Shown in pieces: positions 1 through 10,496 of a stretch of 64,000 bases of DNA. Under the pieces are notes generated by a model. That model was not told the origin of the DNA. It worked only from the letters and a program-made list of their open reading frames with translations, and ran no database searches. Source of the stretch: Pyrinomonadaceae bacterium (GTDB taxonomy: Bacteria > Acidobacteriota > Blastocatellia > Pyrinomonadales > Pyrinomonadaceae); assembly GCA_046262375.1 (NCBI GenBank), contig JBHEMV010000001.1, forward strand, positions 25,990 to 89,989. The letters are read 5' to 3'. Position numbers and translations under genes: made by a program. Position 1 is the first letter of the stretch. Every line of letters begins with the position of its first letter.

Positions 1-60
1 AGCTTCGAACTGGCAACGTTGATCCAAAAACCAATCTCCCAGTTATGTATTGATTAACCA

Positions 61-1125
61 TTGGCTCGTATCTGGGCCAAATCAGGAAAGGTTTCTATCG
101 TGAAGAATAGTATTGTCAAATCAATCGGCATCGCTCTGGCGTGTATCTTTGCCATTTCGGTGGTTTCAAATAAGGGCTTCGCACAAGGCCGTCGTGCGTC
201 AGTTTCAAAGCCAACTCCGTCGTTGTTGTTTTCCCTTCCCCCGTCTGACGCCGTGGCCCTGGTCAATGTAGCCCGCGTGCTTGACGAAGCAATGCCGAAA
301 CTCCTGGCTGAGAACCCTGCTAAGTTGACCGAAGTCAACGCTGAGTTGGCGAAGTTCAAGGCGCAGACGGGACTCGATCCTCGATCTTTTGATCAGATTG
401 CCCTGGGTCTGAGTTACAAGTACCCATCGGAGGGGATAACAAAAATCACAACCGTTGCGGTAGCGCGGGGAACTTTCAACGCGGGCGCAATCGTCGCTGC
501 GGGCAGGATGGCCGCAAATGGTAAATATCTCGAGCGGAAATATCAGGGGAAGACGATTTATCTCTTTAAGCTGGACCGGCAAATCAGGCTCCTGGGCCTT
601 TGGGATTTGAAGGTACGGGATCTGGCGGTTGCTTCTATTGATGGCAACACGCTGGCTTTGGGGGACCTGGAGAGCGTACACGGCGTAATTGATGCGAACA
701 GGACCCGCAAGCATCCGAACGCTGAGTTGATTGCGCTCGCAAGTCGTGACTCGAATGCAATTCTGGGATTCGGTGGAAACATTTCTCAAGAGCTGCTGCG
801 CAACCTGAGAATTAGCAACGACGGAATTGCGCGAGAGCTAACCGCCGTGCGCCAGGTCTATGGCGCGCTGGGGCTGACTGCTGCGGACCTTGAATTGATG
901 GTGGCGGCTCGAACCGTTGATACATATTCGGCAAAAAATCTCGGCGACACGGTCGAAGGATTGAAACAGTTTGGGGCATTGTTCATCAATAGACTTTCAG
1001 CCGCCAAAGGCACGCTGGCGCGAAGCGCCTTAAGCAATCTCAAGATTACAACTCAGGGCAATGAGCTTCAGATTCGAACTGCCGTGGCGCAGTCGCAAGT
1101 GGCTCCTTTAATGCGCGGATATTGA
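61..1125 (+). CDS. hypothetical exported protein
   Basis: 354-codon ORF with TTG at 61 and an in-frame GTG at 100. The N-terminal segment SIGIALACIFAISVVSNKGFAQG looks like a signal peptide. No family recognised by eye. Confidence 0.5.
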   Translation: MARIWAKSGKVSIVKNSIVKSIGIALACIFAISVVSNKGFAQGRRASVSKPTPSLLFSLPPSDAVALVNVARVLDEAMPKLLAENPAKLTEVNAELAKFKAQTGLDPRSFDQIALGLSYKYPSEGITKITTVAVARGTFNAGAIVAAGRMAANGKYLERKYQGKTIYLFKLDRQIRLLGLWDLKVRDLAVASIDGNTLALGDLESVHGVIDANRTRKHPNAELIALASRDSNAILGFGGNISQELLRNLRISNDGIARELTAVRQVYGALGLTAADLELMVAARTVDTYSAKNLGDTVEGLKQFGALFINRLSAAKGTLARSALSNLKITTQGNELQIRTAVAQSQVAPLMRGY

Positions 1126-1138
1126 TTGCGAGCGAAAG

Positions 1139-1203
1139 AAACCCGACCGTTAGGAAATGCTCCCTGGTCTCGAGTAGGAGCTTTCTTTACGGTCGGGCTT
1201 TGC
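1139..1203. terminator. candidate bidirectional intrinsic terminator between convergent genes
   Basis: CCCGACCGT (1142-1150) is the exact complement of ACGGTCGGG (1189-1197). An inner helix pairs GCTCC (1159-1163) with GGAGC (1177-1181). The 5' flank is A-rich and the 3' flank is CTTT. It lies between two convergent stop codons. Confidence 0.4.
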
Positions 1204-1222
1204 TCTCGGTTGCTGGGAAACT

Positions 1223-3232
1223 CTAATTTGTCGGGATGGGAATTTGCGGAAGCTGTGCAGGCGCTACTTCAGGTTCGTCCTCTTCCATTTTCGTAAGCAC
1301 GTCCTGGTAAATTTTTATTTTTCCGTCCTGCTTCATACGTTGCTGAACAGCAGCAATGTAATCTTCGAAAAGCTGGTTTTGTCTCGCCGAAAGCATTGTC
1401 TGCGTCAACTGCTCTCTCTGCGGAGCAAACGCCGCGAGGTCAGCTTCGTAGCGATTAGTCGTCCCCACAACAACCCAGCTATCACCGACTTTCACCGGTG
1501 TCCTGGTTACGCTTCCAGTCTTCAGCGCATAAATTGCTTCATCCAACGCAGGACTTGTGCCTGCCTTTCCCAACGTCGAGCCCGGCTTGTAACTCTCTTC
1601 AGTGGCAACTTCAAGTCCTGTCTTCCCGGCGGCTGACTTAAGGTCCGCAACGCTGGTCAGGGAGGAGGCAATCTCACTGGCCTTTTGGTCCAACTGCTCC
1701 TTCGCCCGTTGCTCTTTCAACGATTCCGCGACCTTCGTTTTAACTTCTTCAAGGTCAGGAAGGCGCGGCTCCTTCTTGTCAACAAGCATAGGGATTGCGA
1801 ATCCGCTCTTCACTCCGATGCGCTCACCCACATCTCCTGCATTATTCAAAGGGGCAATAGCCGACTCGAATTGCTGATTGCTTCCGATGTGAGGTACGTC
1901 GTCCCCGGGTTTGATGAAAGGAGTGTCTTTCACCATCTCTTCAGGTTTCATGCTTGCCTCGCCGGCAAACTCCTGCGCGACCTTTTGCGGATCTTTTGTC
2001 TCCTTTAACCGACTCTGCGCGCGCTCCGCGAGTTTAGCAGCAACAGCATAGGCCCTGCGATTACGTAGCGAAGCCAGCAAATCCGGTTTCGCTTGGTCGA
2101 ACGTTTTTGCTACCGACTCGCCGCGCCGCAAGATGTACCAGTTGCCGGCATATTTGATCGGGATGTCAAAAACGGCGCCTAACTCCATATCCACTGCTCG
2201 ATCATAAAGACCGTCAGGCTTATTCGGATTCTGCTTGATTAGTCGCGAGATGTAACCTCCGCTCTTGGCGGTTGCTGGATCCTCCGAATTACCGCGCGCG
2301 AGATCAGCGAAAACCTTCTCGCCCGTTTCAGGGCTTGCCGCGCGAGCTTTAGCAATCAGATCTTTGGCCTTCTGCTCCACTTGCGCGTCAAGATCTTTGC
2401 GGGCCACCTTCAAAAAAATCTGCTGCACTCTCACTCCAGCTTCTTTACTTTTGGCCGGAAGCTTCTCAAACTCATCGCGTAAATCCTTGTCGGAAATCTG
2501 AAGTTTTTCTCCGGACTTGTCCTGGTTTATATAAACGTAACGAATCTTTTTTTGTGGCTCGAGAATGCGATAGTCAGTCTTGTGTTGTTCGTAATAACTT
2601 TTCAGTTCTTCATCAGATACCTGGATCTTTTCAGCAAGTTTGTCAGGGGATATGACGAGGTAAGTCACATCAAAGCTGGTGTGCTTTCGCTTGTAGTCTT
2701 CCTGCACTTCTTCATCCGAGACTCTGACTGCCGCGGTCACGAAGGCTTTCAATTTCTCTTGCGCTAACTCGTCCCGAACATTTCGCTCGAAGGATTCTAA
2801 ATCGCCATAACGACCTTTGACGGACTCTTTATAACGTTCCAAGCCTACAAACTGACCAGAGGCATCAGAAAACTGCCTACGAATCTTGTCGGCGACTTCT
2901 GCGTCGCTCGCAGCAAGTCCAAGCCGGGCGGCTTCCTGCGCAACTACGCGGTCCCGAATCAATCCTTCGACAAAACGTTTGTTCCCGCCAAGCTGCGCCA
3001 GGCTGATCCTGCCGCCAAACATTTGCTGATAGTTGTCCTTTAGTTGAGCAACCGCGGCAACAGTAATCTCTTCGCCGCCAACTTTGGCAACTACCTGCGT
3101 ATTCTTGCCTGGTTCTACGTTAGCGTTGCGACCGGGCGCATAGAAGACAACAAGACTTACTGCCATTAAAACTGCGAATCCGATGATGATGATGCTGCGG
3201 GTGCGTTCCAGCCGCCCTAATTGTTTGAGCAT
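1223..3232 (-). CDS. ppiD: PpiD-like membrane-anchored periplasmic chaperone / parvulin-type PPIase
   Basis: The ORF runs 1223..3283. The internal ATG at 3232 is preceded by GGAGAGG and gives MLKQLGRLERTRSIIIIGFAVLMAVSLVVF, a short tail plus a single TM anchor. A long SurA-N-like region and a degenerate parvulin-like segment (GGYISRL...NWYILRRGE) follow. Confidence 0.6.
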   Translation of the reverse strand: MLKQLGRLERTRSIIIIGFAVLMAVSLVVFYAPGRNANVEPGKNTQVVAKVGGEEITVAAVAQLKDNYQQMFGGRISLAQLGGNKRFVEGLIRDRVVAQEAARLGLAASDAEVADKIRRQFSDASGQFVGLERYKESVKGRYGDLESFERNVRDELAQEKLKAFVTAAVRVSDEEVQEDYKRKHTSFDVTYLVISPDKLAEKIQVSDEELKSYYEQHKTDYRILEPQKKIRYVYINQDKSGEKLQISDKDLRDEFEKLPAKSKEAGVRVQQIFLKVARKDLDAQVEQKAKDLIAKARAASPETGEKVFADLARGNSEDPATAKSGGYISRLIKQNPNKPDGLYDRAVDMELGAVFDIPIKYAGNWYILRRGESVAKTFDQAKPDLLASLRNRRAYAVAAKLAERAQSRLKETKDPQKVAQEFAGEASMKPEEMVKDTPFIKPGDDVPHIGSNQQFESAIAPLNNAGDVGERIGVKSGFAIPMLVDKKEPRLPDLEEVKTKVAESLKEQRAKEQLDQKASEIASSLTSVADLKSAAGKTGLEVATEESYKPGSTLGKAGTSPALDEAIYALKTGSVTRTPVKVGDSWVVVGTTNRYEADLAAFAPQREQLTQTMLSARQNQLFEDYIAAVQQRMKQDGKIKIYQDVLTKMEEDEPEVAPAQLPQIPIPTN

Positions 3233-3445
3233 TATTCTTACCTCTCCAGCAAATTGCGGATTGTAAAGGACGGTCGGCAGCACTGCAACAACGCGTGACG
3301 GCAGTGGGAGAGCTGGGTAGGCAATTGGAGTCGCTTACTCGACAGAAGTCCTTTCTATAAGCCCTTTCAAAATGTGCGCTAGACCTTTGACAACTGTGTT
3401 CCCACCTGACACCAGACGCCCAGCGATGTTATGTTAATTATCTGA

Positions 3446-4534
3446 ATGGACTCGATTGGCAGCTCAGCAGGACTTTGGATTGGCTTTTCTCTCTTCATCC
3501 TTTTGATGCTGAGCCTAGATCTTGGCCTCTTCAACCGCAAAGCCCACGCAATTAAATATCGAGAAGCGGCGATCTGGAGCAGCGTCTGGATCTCTTTGGC
3601 GATCATCTTTGCCTGCATCGTCTTTTGGTACCAGGGATCTCAAAGGGGTTTGGAATTTGTCACCGGCTACTTGATCGAGCTCTCACTCTCAGTCGATAAC
3701 CTTTTCGTCTTTCTGTTGATCTTTTCCTACTTCAAAGTCCCTTCGAGGTACCAGCACCGCGTTCTTTTTTGGGGTGTGCTGGGAGCCCTGGTGATGCGCC
3801 TGACGATGATCTTTGTGGGCGCTGCCCTGATCAATCGCTTCCACTGGATTATCTATATCTTCGGCGGCTTCCTTGTCTACACCGGCATTAGGATGTTTGC
3901 CCAGGAAGACACCGACATTCAGCCTGAGGAGAACGCCATAGTTCGGTTGGTCACCCGTTATATTCCGCTGACTCATCGTTACGAAGAGCAAAAATTTTTT
4001 ACGAGAGTAAACGGTAAGCTGACCGGAACACTGTTGCTGCTGGTGTTGGTAATAGTTGAGGTTGCTGATCTTGTCTTTGCCGTAGATTCAATTCCGGCAA
4101 TCTTTGCCATCACCACCAACACGTTCATCGTTTATACATCAAATGTCTTCGCCATACTCGGGCTTCGCTCGATGTATTTTTTGTTAGCCGGGGTGGTAGA
4201 GAAGTTTCACTATCTCAAGATTGGACTGGCCATAGTCCTCACTTTCATCGGCTTAAAGATGTTGATTGTTGCATTTGGCGTGGTTATTCCGATTTGGTTC
4301 TCGCTTGTTTTCGTGGCTGCGGTGTTGCTGGGTGCGGTTGCTGCATCCCTGGTCTGGGCCAAACACGCGGGTCTTAAGATTGACGTTGATCTGCCGGAAG
4401 ATTTCGATTCGCCTTTTGAAGATGACAAAGAGGAAAATAAACGCCCGTTTGACCCCACGGACGGCCGTGATAACCGTCTAGCGCTGAAAGAAGCTGACTC
4501 GCAGGCAAAAACAGATTTCCCCACACGCGACTAG
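3446..4534 (+). CDS. TerC family integral membrane protein
   Basis: Multi-pass membrane protein carrying the paired TerC-type motifs SVDNLFVF and AVDSIPAIFA, with an acidic C-terminal tail. Confidence 0.8.
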   Translation: MDSIGSSAGLWIGFSLFILLMLSLDLGLFNRKAHAIKYREAAIWSSVWISLAIIFACIVFWYQGSQRGLEFVTGYLIELSLSVDNLFVFLLIFSYFKVPSRYQHRVLFWGVLGALVMRLTMIFVGAALINRFHWIIYIFGGFLVYTGIRMFAQEDTDIQPEENAIVRLVTRYIPLTHRYEEQKFFTRVNGKLTGTLLLLVLVIVEVADLVFAVDSIPAIFAITTNTFIVYTSNVFAILGLRSMYFLLAGVVEKFHYLKIGLAIVLTFIGLKMLIVAFGVVIPIWFSLVFVAAVLLGAVAASLVWAKHAGLKIDVDLPEDFDSPFEDDKEENKRPFDPTDGRDNRLALKEADSQAKTDFPTRD

Positions 4535-4764
4535 TTCCTCAACAGAGTGCTTGAAGGTGGTCCTGTGGCTGTGCTAGATTCGGATGGCTCTGGTTGCTGT
4601 TTAAGCCGCCAATATGGCTGACAAAGTTCGCCGTTAGACTGCTCCCTGACTTTCTCACCCTTTAGAATTGCCAGTCATATCCTCGTCCAGGATTGATTTG
4701 ATTGGCACGCTCGAGTGTCTCGCGTTTTATAGTTGCCCCTCAGTTGTAAATATCTTCCAAAAGA

Positions 4765-6015
4765 ATGAGTACAAAACAACCTCGTGTCGTTTTTGATTGG
4801 TGGGTAGTAGAAAAGCGCACTATCTACCTCTTAATCGGTATCGCCATCCTATGCGGGCTGGCTGGTGCATCCGCCCTTTACGTCTGGAAATATGGTAATC
4901 CGCTGAAAAACGTAGGGACGGGAACGAAGCCGCCGGCAGGTGCCCGCTTCATCTCGTTTGAAGGCGACGTGCGCGTTATCCGCGCTGCCACGCGCGAGAC
5001 TATTAATCCCGCCAGCGATACAGAGCTTTATCCCGGCGATACGGTGCAGACGCAGGCGACCGGACGCGCCCGCGTAACCATGGCCGACGGTTCCACGTTG
5101 GTCATTCGCCCAAACAGCACAATTATCGTCCGAGATAACGCGAGCGCCGACGACGGAAAAAAGACAAACGTACATGTGGTGGTTGATAGCGGACAGATGT
5201 TCGTGCGCACAGAGCAGCAACCCGAAGGCACCAAATACGTGGTCGAAACGCCGAAGACTAGTAACAAAATCGGCGGGCAGACCGGGGTAAGCTTCGGCGT
5301 CAACCCGGAGGGTACTGAAGATATTCGCGTTAACAGCGGCGCCATTGAAACAACAAATCGAACAGGTGAAAAGACAACATTGCACGGTGGGGAGTATGTC
5401 TCAGTAAATCCTTCAGGAACAATCTCGCGGCCCCAAAAACTTTTGGATATCCCCATACCTTCTGAGCCGCGCGACCTTGAAAAAGTATTCATTGGCGGTA
5501 ATGGCTCGGCCAACATTTCGTTGAAATGGGTGCGTCCCCAGTCCGGCACCGCCGCCTTTTATAGGGTAGAGGTAGCGACATCTCCCTTTTTCGTTGCCGA
5601 CGGCAAAGTATTCGAGCGCGACCAACTCGCATCTACCGAATTCAACGCCAGCGATCTTCGGCCGGGAGTTTATTTTTGGCGTGTCCGCGCCGCCGCGTCG
5701 AGTGGACAAATCAGCGATTGGAGCGAGCCCAAGAAGTTCATCGTCGCGACGCGGGGAACTGGTTCGCGAGTTCCAGTTTCGAATCTCGTGGCGGAGCTGC
5801 TGGGCGGTAGTGTCTATCTTATTCGCGGTCGCTCGGAACCTGGAACTACCATTCGAGTTGCTGGACGCGAGACCCTTGTACCTTCCGAGGGATCCTTCCA
5901 ACTTCAAATCACTGCGCCGCGAGGAACGCAAGAAATCGCTGTCGACGCAGTGGACCCACATGGAAACAGCACCCAGTATCGCTTGTCGCTTTCTGCGCGA
6001 TCAGGCAGAGGCTGA
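4765..6015 (+). CDS. FecR-domain protein with TM anchor and FN3-like C-terminal part
   Basis: N-terminal TM helix (IYLLIGIAILCGLAGASALYVW). FecR-like segment GDVRVIRAATRE...GDTVQTQATGRARVTMADGSTLVIRPNSTIIV. C-terminal FN3-like stretch YRVEVATSPFF...GVYFWRVRAA. Confidence 0.6.
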   Translation: MSTKQPRVVFDWWVVEKRTIYLLIGIAILCGLAGASALYVWKYGNPLKNVGTGTKPPAGARFISFEGDVRVIRAATRETINPASDTELYPGDTVQTQATGRARVTMADGSTLVIRPNSTIIVRDNASADDGKKTNVHVVVDSGQMFVRTEQQPEGTKYVVETPKTSNKIGGQTGVSFGVNPEGTEDIRVNSGAIETTNRTGEKTTLHGGEYVSVNPSGTISRPQKLLDIPIPSEPRDLEKVFIGGNGSANISLKWVRPQSGTAAFYRVEVATSPFFVADGKVFERDQLASTEFNASDLRPGVYFWRVRAAASSGQISDWSEPKKFIVATRGTGSRVPVSNLVAELLGGSVYLIRGRSEPGTTIRVAGRETLVPSEGSFQLQITAPRGTQEIAVDAVDPHGNSTQYRLSLSARSGRG

Positions 6016-6043
6016 ACGCGAGTTAAATGGATTATGGCTTTCT

Positions 6044-7633
6044 ATGTCTAGGCACGTCATACTCTTAACTGATGCCCATGAAGCACCGGCTTATGAATTG
6101 ATCGAAGCCTTGCGTCTTGCGGGTGTGAGAACGCTCATCGAGGGGTTGCGGGAAGCAGAGGTGGAAGCACCCACGAGTCGGCGCGACACTGAATGGCTGG
6201 ATGAACAAGTGCCGGAACCACCAATCGCCGTTCTTTATGAAGTAGCTGCAGGTGCTGACCTGGTCGAGCTTCATGGGGCCATCGAGCATGCTACGGCTTC
6301 CTGGCCAGGGACGCCATTGATTGCATGTCGCCGGCAGTTGAGTGGATATCACGGACATAGTCTTCGCAGTCTTGATGGCGCAAGCTTGAAGCGGCTGGGC
6401 TTTCGGGCAATCGCAGACAAGGCGGCACAGCTGCCCGCTATCTTGCGTGAAATCGAGGGCCTTGGCGCAACCGGTGAGTTGACACTACCCGAGATTGTTC
6501 GTCCTCCAAGAGATACTGAATACTTTTCGCTTCCGCCGCGCATGAAATCCAGTAGTTTGCGGGCCGCATTTGATCTGATTTCATCGCTACATTTCATAGG
6601 AGATCAAAACAGTGCGGCACATACAGCGCTGGGCAAACTCAGTTTGCTGCTCGAGGCTGACCGCTGGACCATATATCTGGTCTCCGACATAAAAGGCGCT
6701 GACGGTTTCGTCCTTGAATCGATCGCAGTATTAAGACCAGCGGATAAAGTAATCGGCGATTCGACGGATGACTGGCGCCGGCTCTTGATGGGATCAGATG
6801 ACGTCCCGCCCGGTTCCGAATCGAAGGCAGCAAAACTCGCCGCAGCAGGAATGGGTACGGTTAAGAGAAAAGATAAAGGCCAACACATAGTTGCTGTTCC
6901 CTTTATTTGCGGTGAACGAATTCTCGGCGTGCTCGAAGGAATTCGCGAACCACATATATTTAAAAAGTCTGAGATTGCCATTCTTGACGCGCTGTCATTA
7001 CCAATCGCATCGGCACTTGCCAACGCGGTGCGCATTGGGGAAGCTGAACGACTCTCGCAAACTGACGATCTAACGAAACTTCACAACGCACGCTACCTTC
7101 GCCAGTTTCTTCTTAACGAGATACGGCGAGCGCGTCGGTACGGTACCAGTGTGGCGGCCCTGTTTCTGGATGTCGACGACTTCAAGCGGGTAAACGATGC
7201 GCACGGTCACCTTGCCGGTTCCCATGTTCTGATGGAGATGGCAGCCGTTATTCTCTCTTCCATTCGCGATACCGATGCTGTCGCACGCTATGGAGGTGAC
7301 GAATTTGTAATTGTGCTGCCCGACACCGGGACAGAACTTGCCGGTACTGTAGCGGAGCGCATCCGGGAGAAAATCGCCCGCCATCATTTCCATGGAGGTA
7401 GGAACCTGGAGCTTTCGTTGACCGCCAGCTTCGGGGTAGCCGCCTTCCCCGAACATGCCTCCTCGCCGCAGCAGCTCATAGCCTGCGCCGACACGGCAAT
7501 GTACGAGGCAAAAGCTGCGAACAAAAACTGCGTCCGGTTTTCTACGGCGCTTATTCAAGATACAAAAGTTCAGTGTGACGTCAACTTGTCGCCGGAAGTC
7601 GTTGAAGCCGATGACGGAAAAGCTTTTTCTTGA
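6044..7633 (+). CDS. diguanylate cyclase (GAF-like + GGDEF)
   Basis: The tracked ORF starts at 5594, but its first 150 codons overlap the FecR-like gene, so the in-frame ATG at 6044 (MSRHVILLTD) is taken. The C-terminal GGDEF domain begins LTKLHNARY and has an intact RYGGDEFVIVLPD active site. Confidence 0.8.
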   Translation: MSRHVILLTDAHEAPAYELIEALRLAGVRTLIEGLREAEVEAPTSRRDTEWLDEQVPEPPIAVLYEVAAGADLVELHGAIEHATASWPGTPLIACRRQLSGYHGHSLRSLDGASLKRLGFRAIADKAAQLPAILREIEGLGATGELTLPEIVRPPRDTEYFSLPPRMKSSSLRAAFDLISSLHFIGDQNSAAHTALGKLSLLLEADRWTIYLVSDIKGADGFVLESIAVLRPADKVIGDSTDDWRRLLMGSDDVPPGSESKAAKLAAAGMGTVKRKDKGQHIVAVPFICGERILGVLEGIREPHIFKKSEIAILDALSLPIASALANAVRIGEAERLSQTDDLTKLHNARYLRQFLLNEIRRARRYGTSVAALFLDVDDFKRVNDAHGHLAGSHVLMEMAAVILSSIRDTDAVARYGGDEFVIVLPDTGTELAGTVAERIREKIARHHFHGGRNLELSLTASFGVAAFPEHASSPQQLIACADTAMYEAKAANKNCVRFSTALIQDTKVQCDVNLSPEVVEADDGKAFS

Positions 7634-7842
7634 TAGCGCAAAGATCGAAGATCAGTGTATCTTTGGTAGGTTGGAGTGGCTTTTGCCGGACGAGCAGTTG
7701 GTGATGGGTAAGTAAGCCGGTTGGATTGCTTGATTAAGTGATAAAAACCCTTTTTCGGAATTCCTTCTTACCATCAGGGACTGGTAGCGTCTCACCCCCG
7801 CCGTTGCTTTCATTTATGCCCTCAAGGGAAGAGATTAAGTAA

Positions 7843-8889
7843 ATGGCCTTTAAATCGATTTTTAGCCTGTTTTCCAGTGATCTTGCTATAGATCTGGGAA
7901 CAGCAAACACACTCGTCTACGCCAAAGGACGAGGCATAGTCGTTTCTGAGCCTTCCATAGTCGCAATTAATAAAGTCACCAACCAGGTTGAGGCGGTGGG
8001 ACGCGATGCGAAAGACATGTTGGGTCGAACTCCTGGCAACATTGTGGCTATTCGCCCGATGAAGGATGGCGTTATAGCAAACTTTGAAGTAACTGAAAAG
8101 ATGCTTCAGCACTTCATTCGTAAGGCACACAATGGAAAAACTTGGGTCAGTCCACGAGTTGTAATTGGAATACCTTCTGAGATCACACAGGTCGAGCGCC
8201 GTGCAGTTGAAGACTCGGCCTATCGCGCCAAAGCATCGGAAGTTTATCTGGTCGAGGAGGCCATGGCGGCGGCAATCGGAGCCGGTCTACCCATAACTGA
8301 ACCTCACGGCAACATGGTTGTGGATATAGGTGGCGGGACAACCGACATCGCCGTTATAAGTTTGAGCGGCATCGTTTACTCGCGAGCTGTACGTGTTGCG
8401 GGTAACGAAATGGATGAAGCGATCATTTCTTACATTAAGCGAAAATACAATCTTCTGATTGGGGAACGAACGGCCGAAGCGATCAAAATTGAGCTAGGCT
8501 CCGCATATCCTCTCGACGAACCCCTCTCCTATGAAGTTCGCGGCCGAAATCTGATCGAAGGAATCCCGAAAACGATAACGATGACGGATGAGGAGGTTCG
8601 AGAAGCGCTCGCTGACTCTGTCTCAACGATCATTAATGCTGTGCGCGTCGCACTGGAACGGACGCCGCCGGAGCTTTCAGCGGATATCGTTGAGCGTGGA
8701 ATCGTTTTGACCGGCGGAGGAGCCTTGTTGAAGAACCTGGATAAGCGCCTTTCGATTGAAACTGGATTGCCGGTCTCTCTAGCTGATGATCCCCTCGCCT
8801 CGGTGGTGCTTGGCACAGGCAAAATGCTTTCCGACTTTGATCTGCTTAAGCGAGTGAAGTGGGAAAATACGATGACCAGCGGAATGTAA
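7843..8889 (+). CDS. mreB: rod shape-determining actin homologue MreB
   Basis: Carries DLGTANT and DIGGGTTD actin-fold phosphate motifs. It has typical MreB length and heads an mreC-mreD-PBP2-rodA cluster. Confidence 0.95.
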   Translation: MAFKSIFSLFSSDLAIDLGTANTLVYAKGRGIVVSEPSIVAINKVTNQVEAVGRDAKDMLGRTPGNIVAIRPMKDGVIANFEVTEKMLQHFIRKAHNGKTWVSPRVVIGIPSEITQVERRAVEDSAYRAKASEVYLVEEAMAAAIGAGLPITEPHGNMVVDIGGGTTDIAVISLSGIVYSRAVRVAGNEMDEAIISYIKRKYNLLIGERTAEAIKIELGSAYPLDEPLSYEVRGRNLIEGIPKTITMTDEEVREALADSVSTIINAVRVALERTPPELSADIVERGIVLTGGGALLKNLDKRLSIETGLPVSLADDPLASVVLGTGKMLSDFDLLKRVKWENTMTSGM

Positions 8890-8972
8890 TCTCATTGTGA
8901 AGGGTAATCATGACTTGTAAACAGGTTCACGATTATCTCTGCCAATAAACCTTATGGCTTTGTTTTAAACCA

Positions 8973-9872
8973 ATGGCCGCCATTCGCACTCAAAGAGAGA
9001 TTCGCCAGCGGGCGCCAATCTGGCTCGTGGTCCTCCTATTGACGAATCTTGTAATCATGGCGGTAGACGCGCGGGATAACGGAACAAAGCAACGACTGCT
9101 CAGAGTTTGGGTTCAAGCCGTGGCTTCGCCCGCGCAAAGCATATCTTCCAAAGCCAGCGGCGCTGGTACGAGCCTAATCGGACAAATAGTTAATTTTCGC
9201 AGCACGGCTGGTGAAAACGATCGATTGAAGCAGGAGCTTGCCCAGGCGCGGCTCGAACTGCAAAACGTACACCAGACTTGGGTAGAAAACGAGCGGCTCA
9301 AGAATCTACTCAATCTAAAAGAACAAACGGGCTACAACCAGGTCGCAGCTCGTGTTATCGCGCGCGACTCGTCGATCTGGTTCAACACCATTACGATTAA
9401 CCGAGGAAGCTCCAACGGCGTGGGTCTCAACATGCCCGTCGTTACAGCAGGTGGAATAGTCGGTCGGGTGATTGCCGTCAGCCCGTGGACAGCCCAAGTC
9501 ATGATGGTTACCGACGAAAAAGCTGCTGCCGGAGCCATCGTTGGGCAACTGAGTGGATCGGGAGCGCTGGGCTCAGTAAGAGGCTCGGGTGAAAGTGGTC
9601 TTGTTGAGATGCGTTATGTTTCCGGTCTACAGAAAGTCGAAGTGGGCGATTACATTTTAACGACCGGCCAGGACGGTATTTATCCGCCGGGCTTGAGCGT
9701 GGGTGAAGTTGTCCAGGTGAAGCATGGGACTGCCACACTGCCTCACCAGATTTTTATTAAGCCAGGCGCAAAACTCGATCAACTGGAAGAAGTGGCGGTG
9801 CTGCTTTATCATCCGCCACCGAGGCCAGCACCCGAACAGACTCTGCCAAACGTTGACAAGGTAAAGAAGTGA
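8973..9872 (+). CDS. mreC: rod shape-determining protein MreC
   Basis: N-terminal TM helix, a coiled-coil segment (NDRLKQELAQARLELQN...ENERLKNLL), then a beta-rich domain (GMPVVTAGGIVGRV). It sits between mreB and mreD. Confidence 0.85.
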   Translation: MAAIRTQREIRQRAPIWLVVLLLTNLVIMAVDARDNGTKQRLLRVWVQAVASPAQSISSKASGAGTSLIGQIVNFRSTAGENDRLKQELAQARLELQNVHQTWVENERLKNLLNLKEQTGYNQVAARVIARDSSIWFNTITINRGSSNGVGLNMPVVTAGGIVGRVIAVSPWTAQVMMVTDEKAAAGAIVGQLSGSGALGSVRGSGESGLVEMRYVSGLQKVEVGDYILTTGQDGIYPPGLSVGEVVQVKHGTATLPHQIFIKPGAKLDQLEEVAVLLYHPPPRPAPEQTLPNVDKVKK

Positions 9873-9953
9873 TACGTGATAAGCAATGAGTGATGAGACC
9901 TGAATGTCTCCTCATATTCAGCACTCGTCACTTGTCACCAGTCACAGTTTTCG
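9869..9953 (+). repeat. heptad-built long hairpin in the mreC|mreD gap
   Basis: The left arm is tandem 7-mers GTGATAC GTGATAA GCAATGA GTGATGA, the first overlapping the mreC stop. The right arm is CTCGTCA CTTGTCA CCAGTCA. In the core, 9889-9897 pairs with 9924-9932 (9 bp including one G-U) and 9900-9905 pairs with 9916-9921 (6 bp). Confidence 0.6.
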
Positions 9954-10496
9954 ATGCCTCAGCTTAAGATTGCGGCCGTTCTCGCACTTGCCATAATCCT
10001 GCAATTGTCGTTAAGGGCCGTTTGGTCGCCCCTCTCCTATATTGACTTTCCCCTGGTGGTGGTTGTTTATATTGCGTTACAGCGCCATGCGTGGCAGGCG
10101 CTGATTGTCGGCACCATCGCCGGCCTTGCCATCGACGCAGCGAGCGGAGGGCTCATCGGCGCGGGTGGCTTTTCGAAGACGCTTATTGCATACGTGATTT
10201 ACTTCGGCGCCACCAGGGTTAACCTTGAAAACACGCTGTTGAGAATTCCCGTACTAGCTGCGGCCACTCTTCTCGACTCCGCAGTTTACGTCTTCTGGCA
10301 ACGATCTCTCGGCTATACGCCCAGCATGCCCTTCATGCAGACGATGTCTTACAGATTAATAGGGACAACAATTGTTGGAACGTTCGTCCTTTATTTGCTC
10401 GATTCAGTGTTTACGGATCGGGCTCGTCAGCGCCGTTCTTTTGCTTCCCGGCGCAAAGGCGCTCGACGCGGAAGCAGCCCTTTGAGAAGAAGATGA
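9954..10496 (+). CDS. mreD: rod shape-determining protein MreD
   Basis: 180-aa polytopic membrane protein directly after mreC. Its stop overlaps the PBP2 start (ATGA). Confidence 0.75.
   Translation: MPQLKIAAVLALAIILQLSLRAVWSPLSYIDFPLVVVVYIALQRHAWQALIVGTIAGLAIDAASGGLIGAGGFSKTLIAYVIYFGATRVNLENTLLRIPVLAAATLLDSAVYVFWQRSLGYTPSMPFMQTMSYRLIGTTIVGTFVLYLLDSVFTDRARQRRSFASRRKGARRGSSPLRRR

Noticed and set aside
3304-3405. Possible yybP-ykoY (Mn) riboswitch upstream of the TerC-family gene
   Set aside because: The context is right for this riboswitch. A closing helix (GTGGGA 3304-3309 / TCCCAC 3400-3405) spans about 100 nt, and the interior contains TAGACC and TTGACA. However, the hallmark GGGGAGUAG is absent and the conserved blocks are in the wrong order. 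An Infernal scan with RF00080 would settle it.
5594-6043. N-terminal 150 codons of the tracked 679-aa ORF
   Set aside because: They overlap the 3' part of the FecR-like gene in another frame and have a low-complexity Ser/Arg composition. The GGDEF protein most plausibly starts at ATG 6044.
7634-7700. CAAAGAT...ATCTTTG hairpin after the first GGDEF gene as a terminator
   Set aside because: The stem is a 7-bp AT-rich helix with a 13-nt loop and no U-tract, which is too weak to call.
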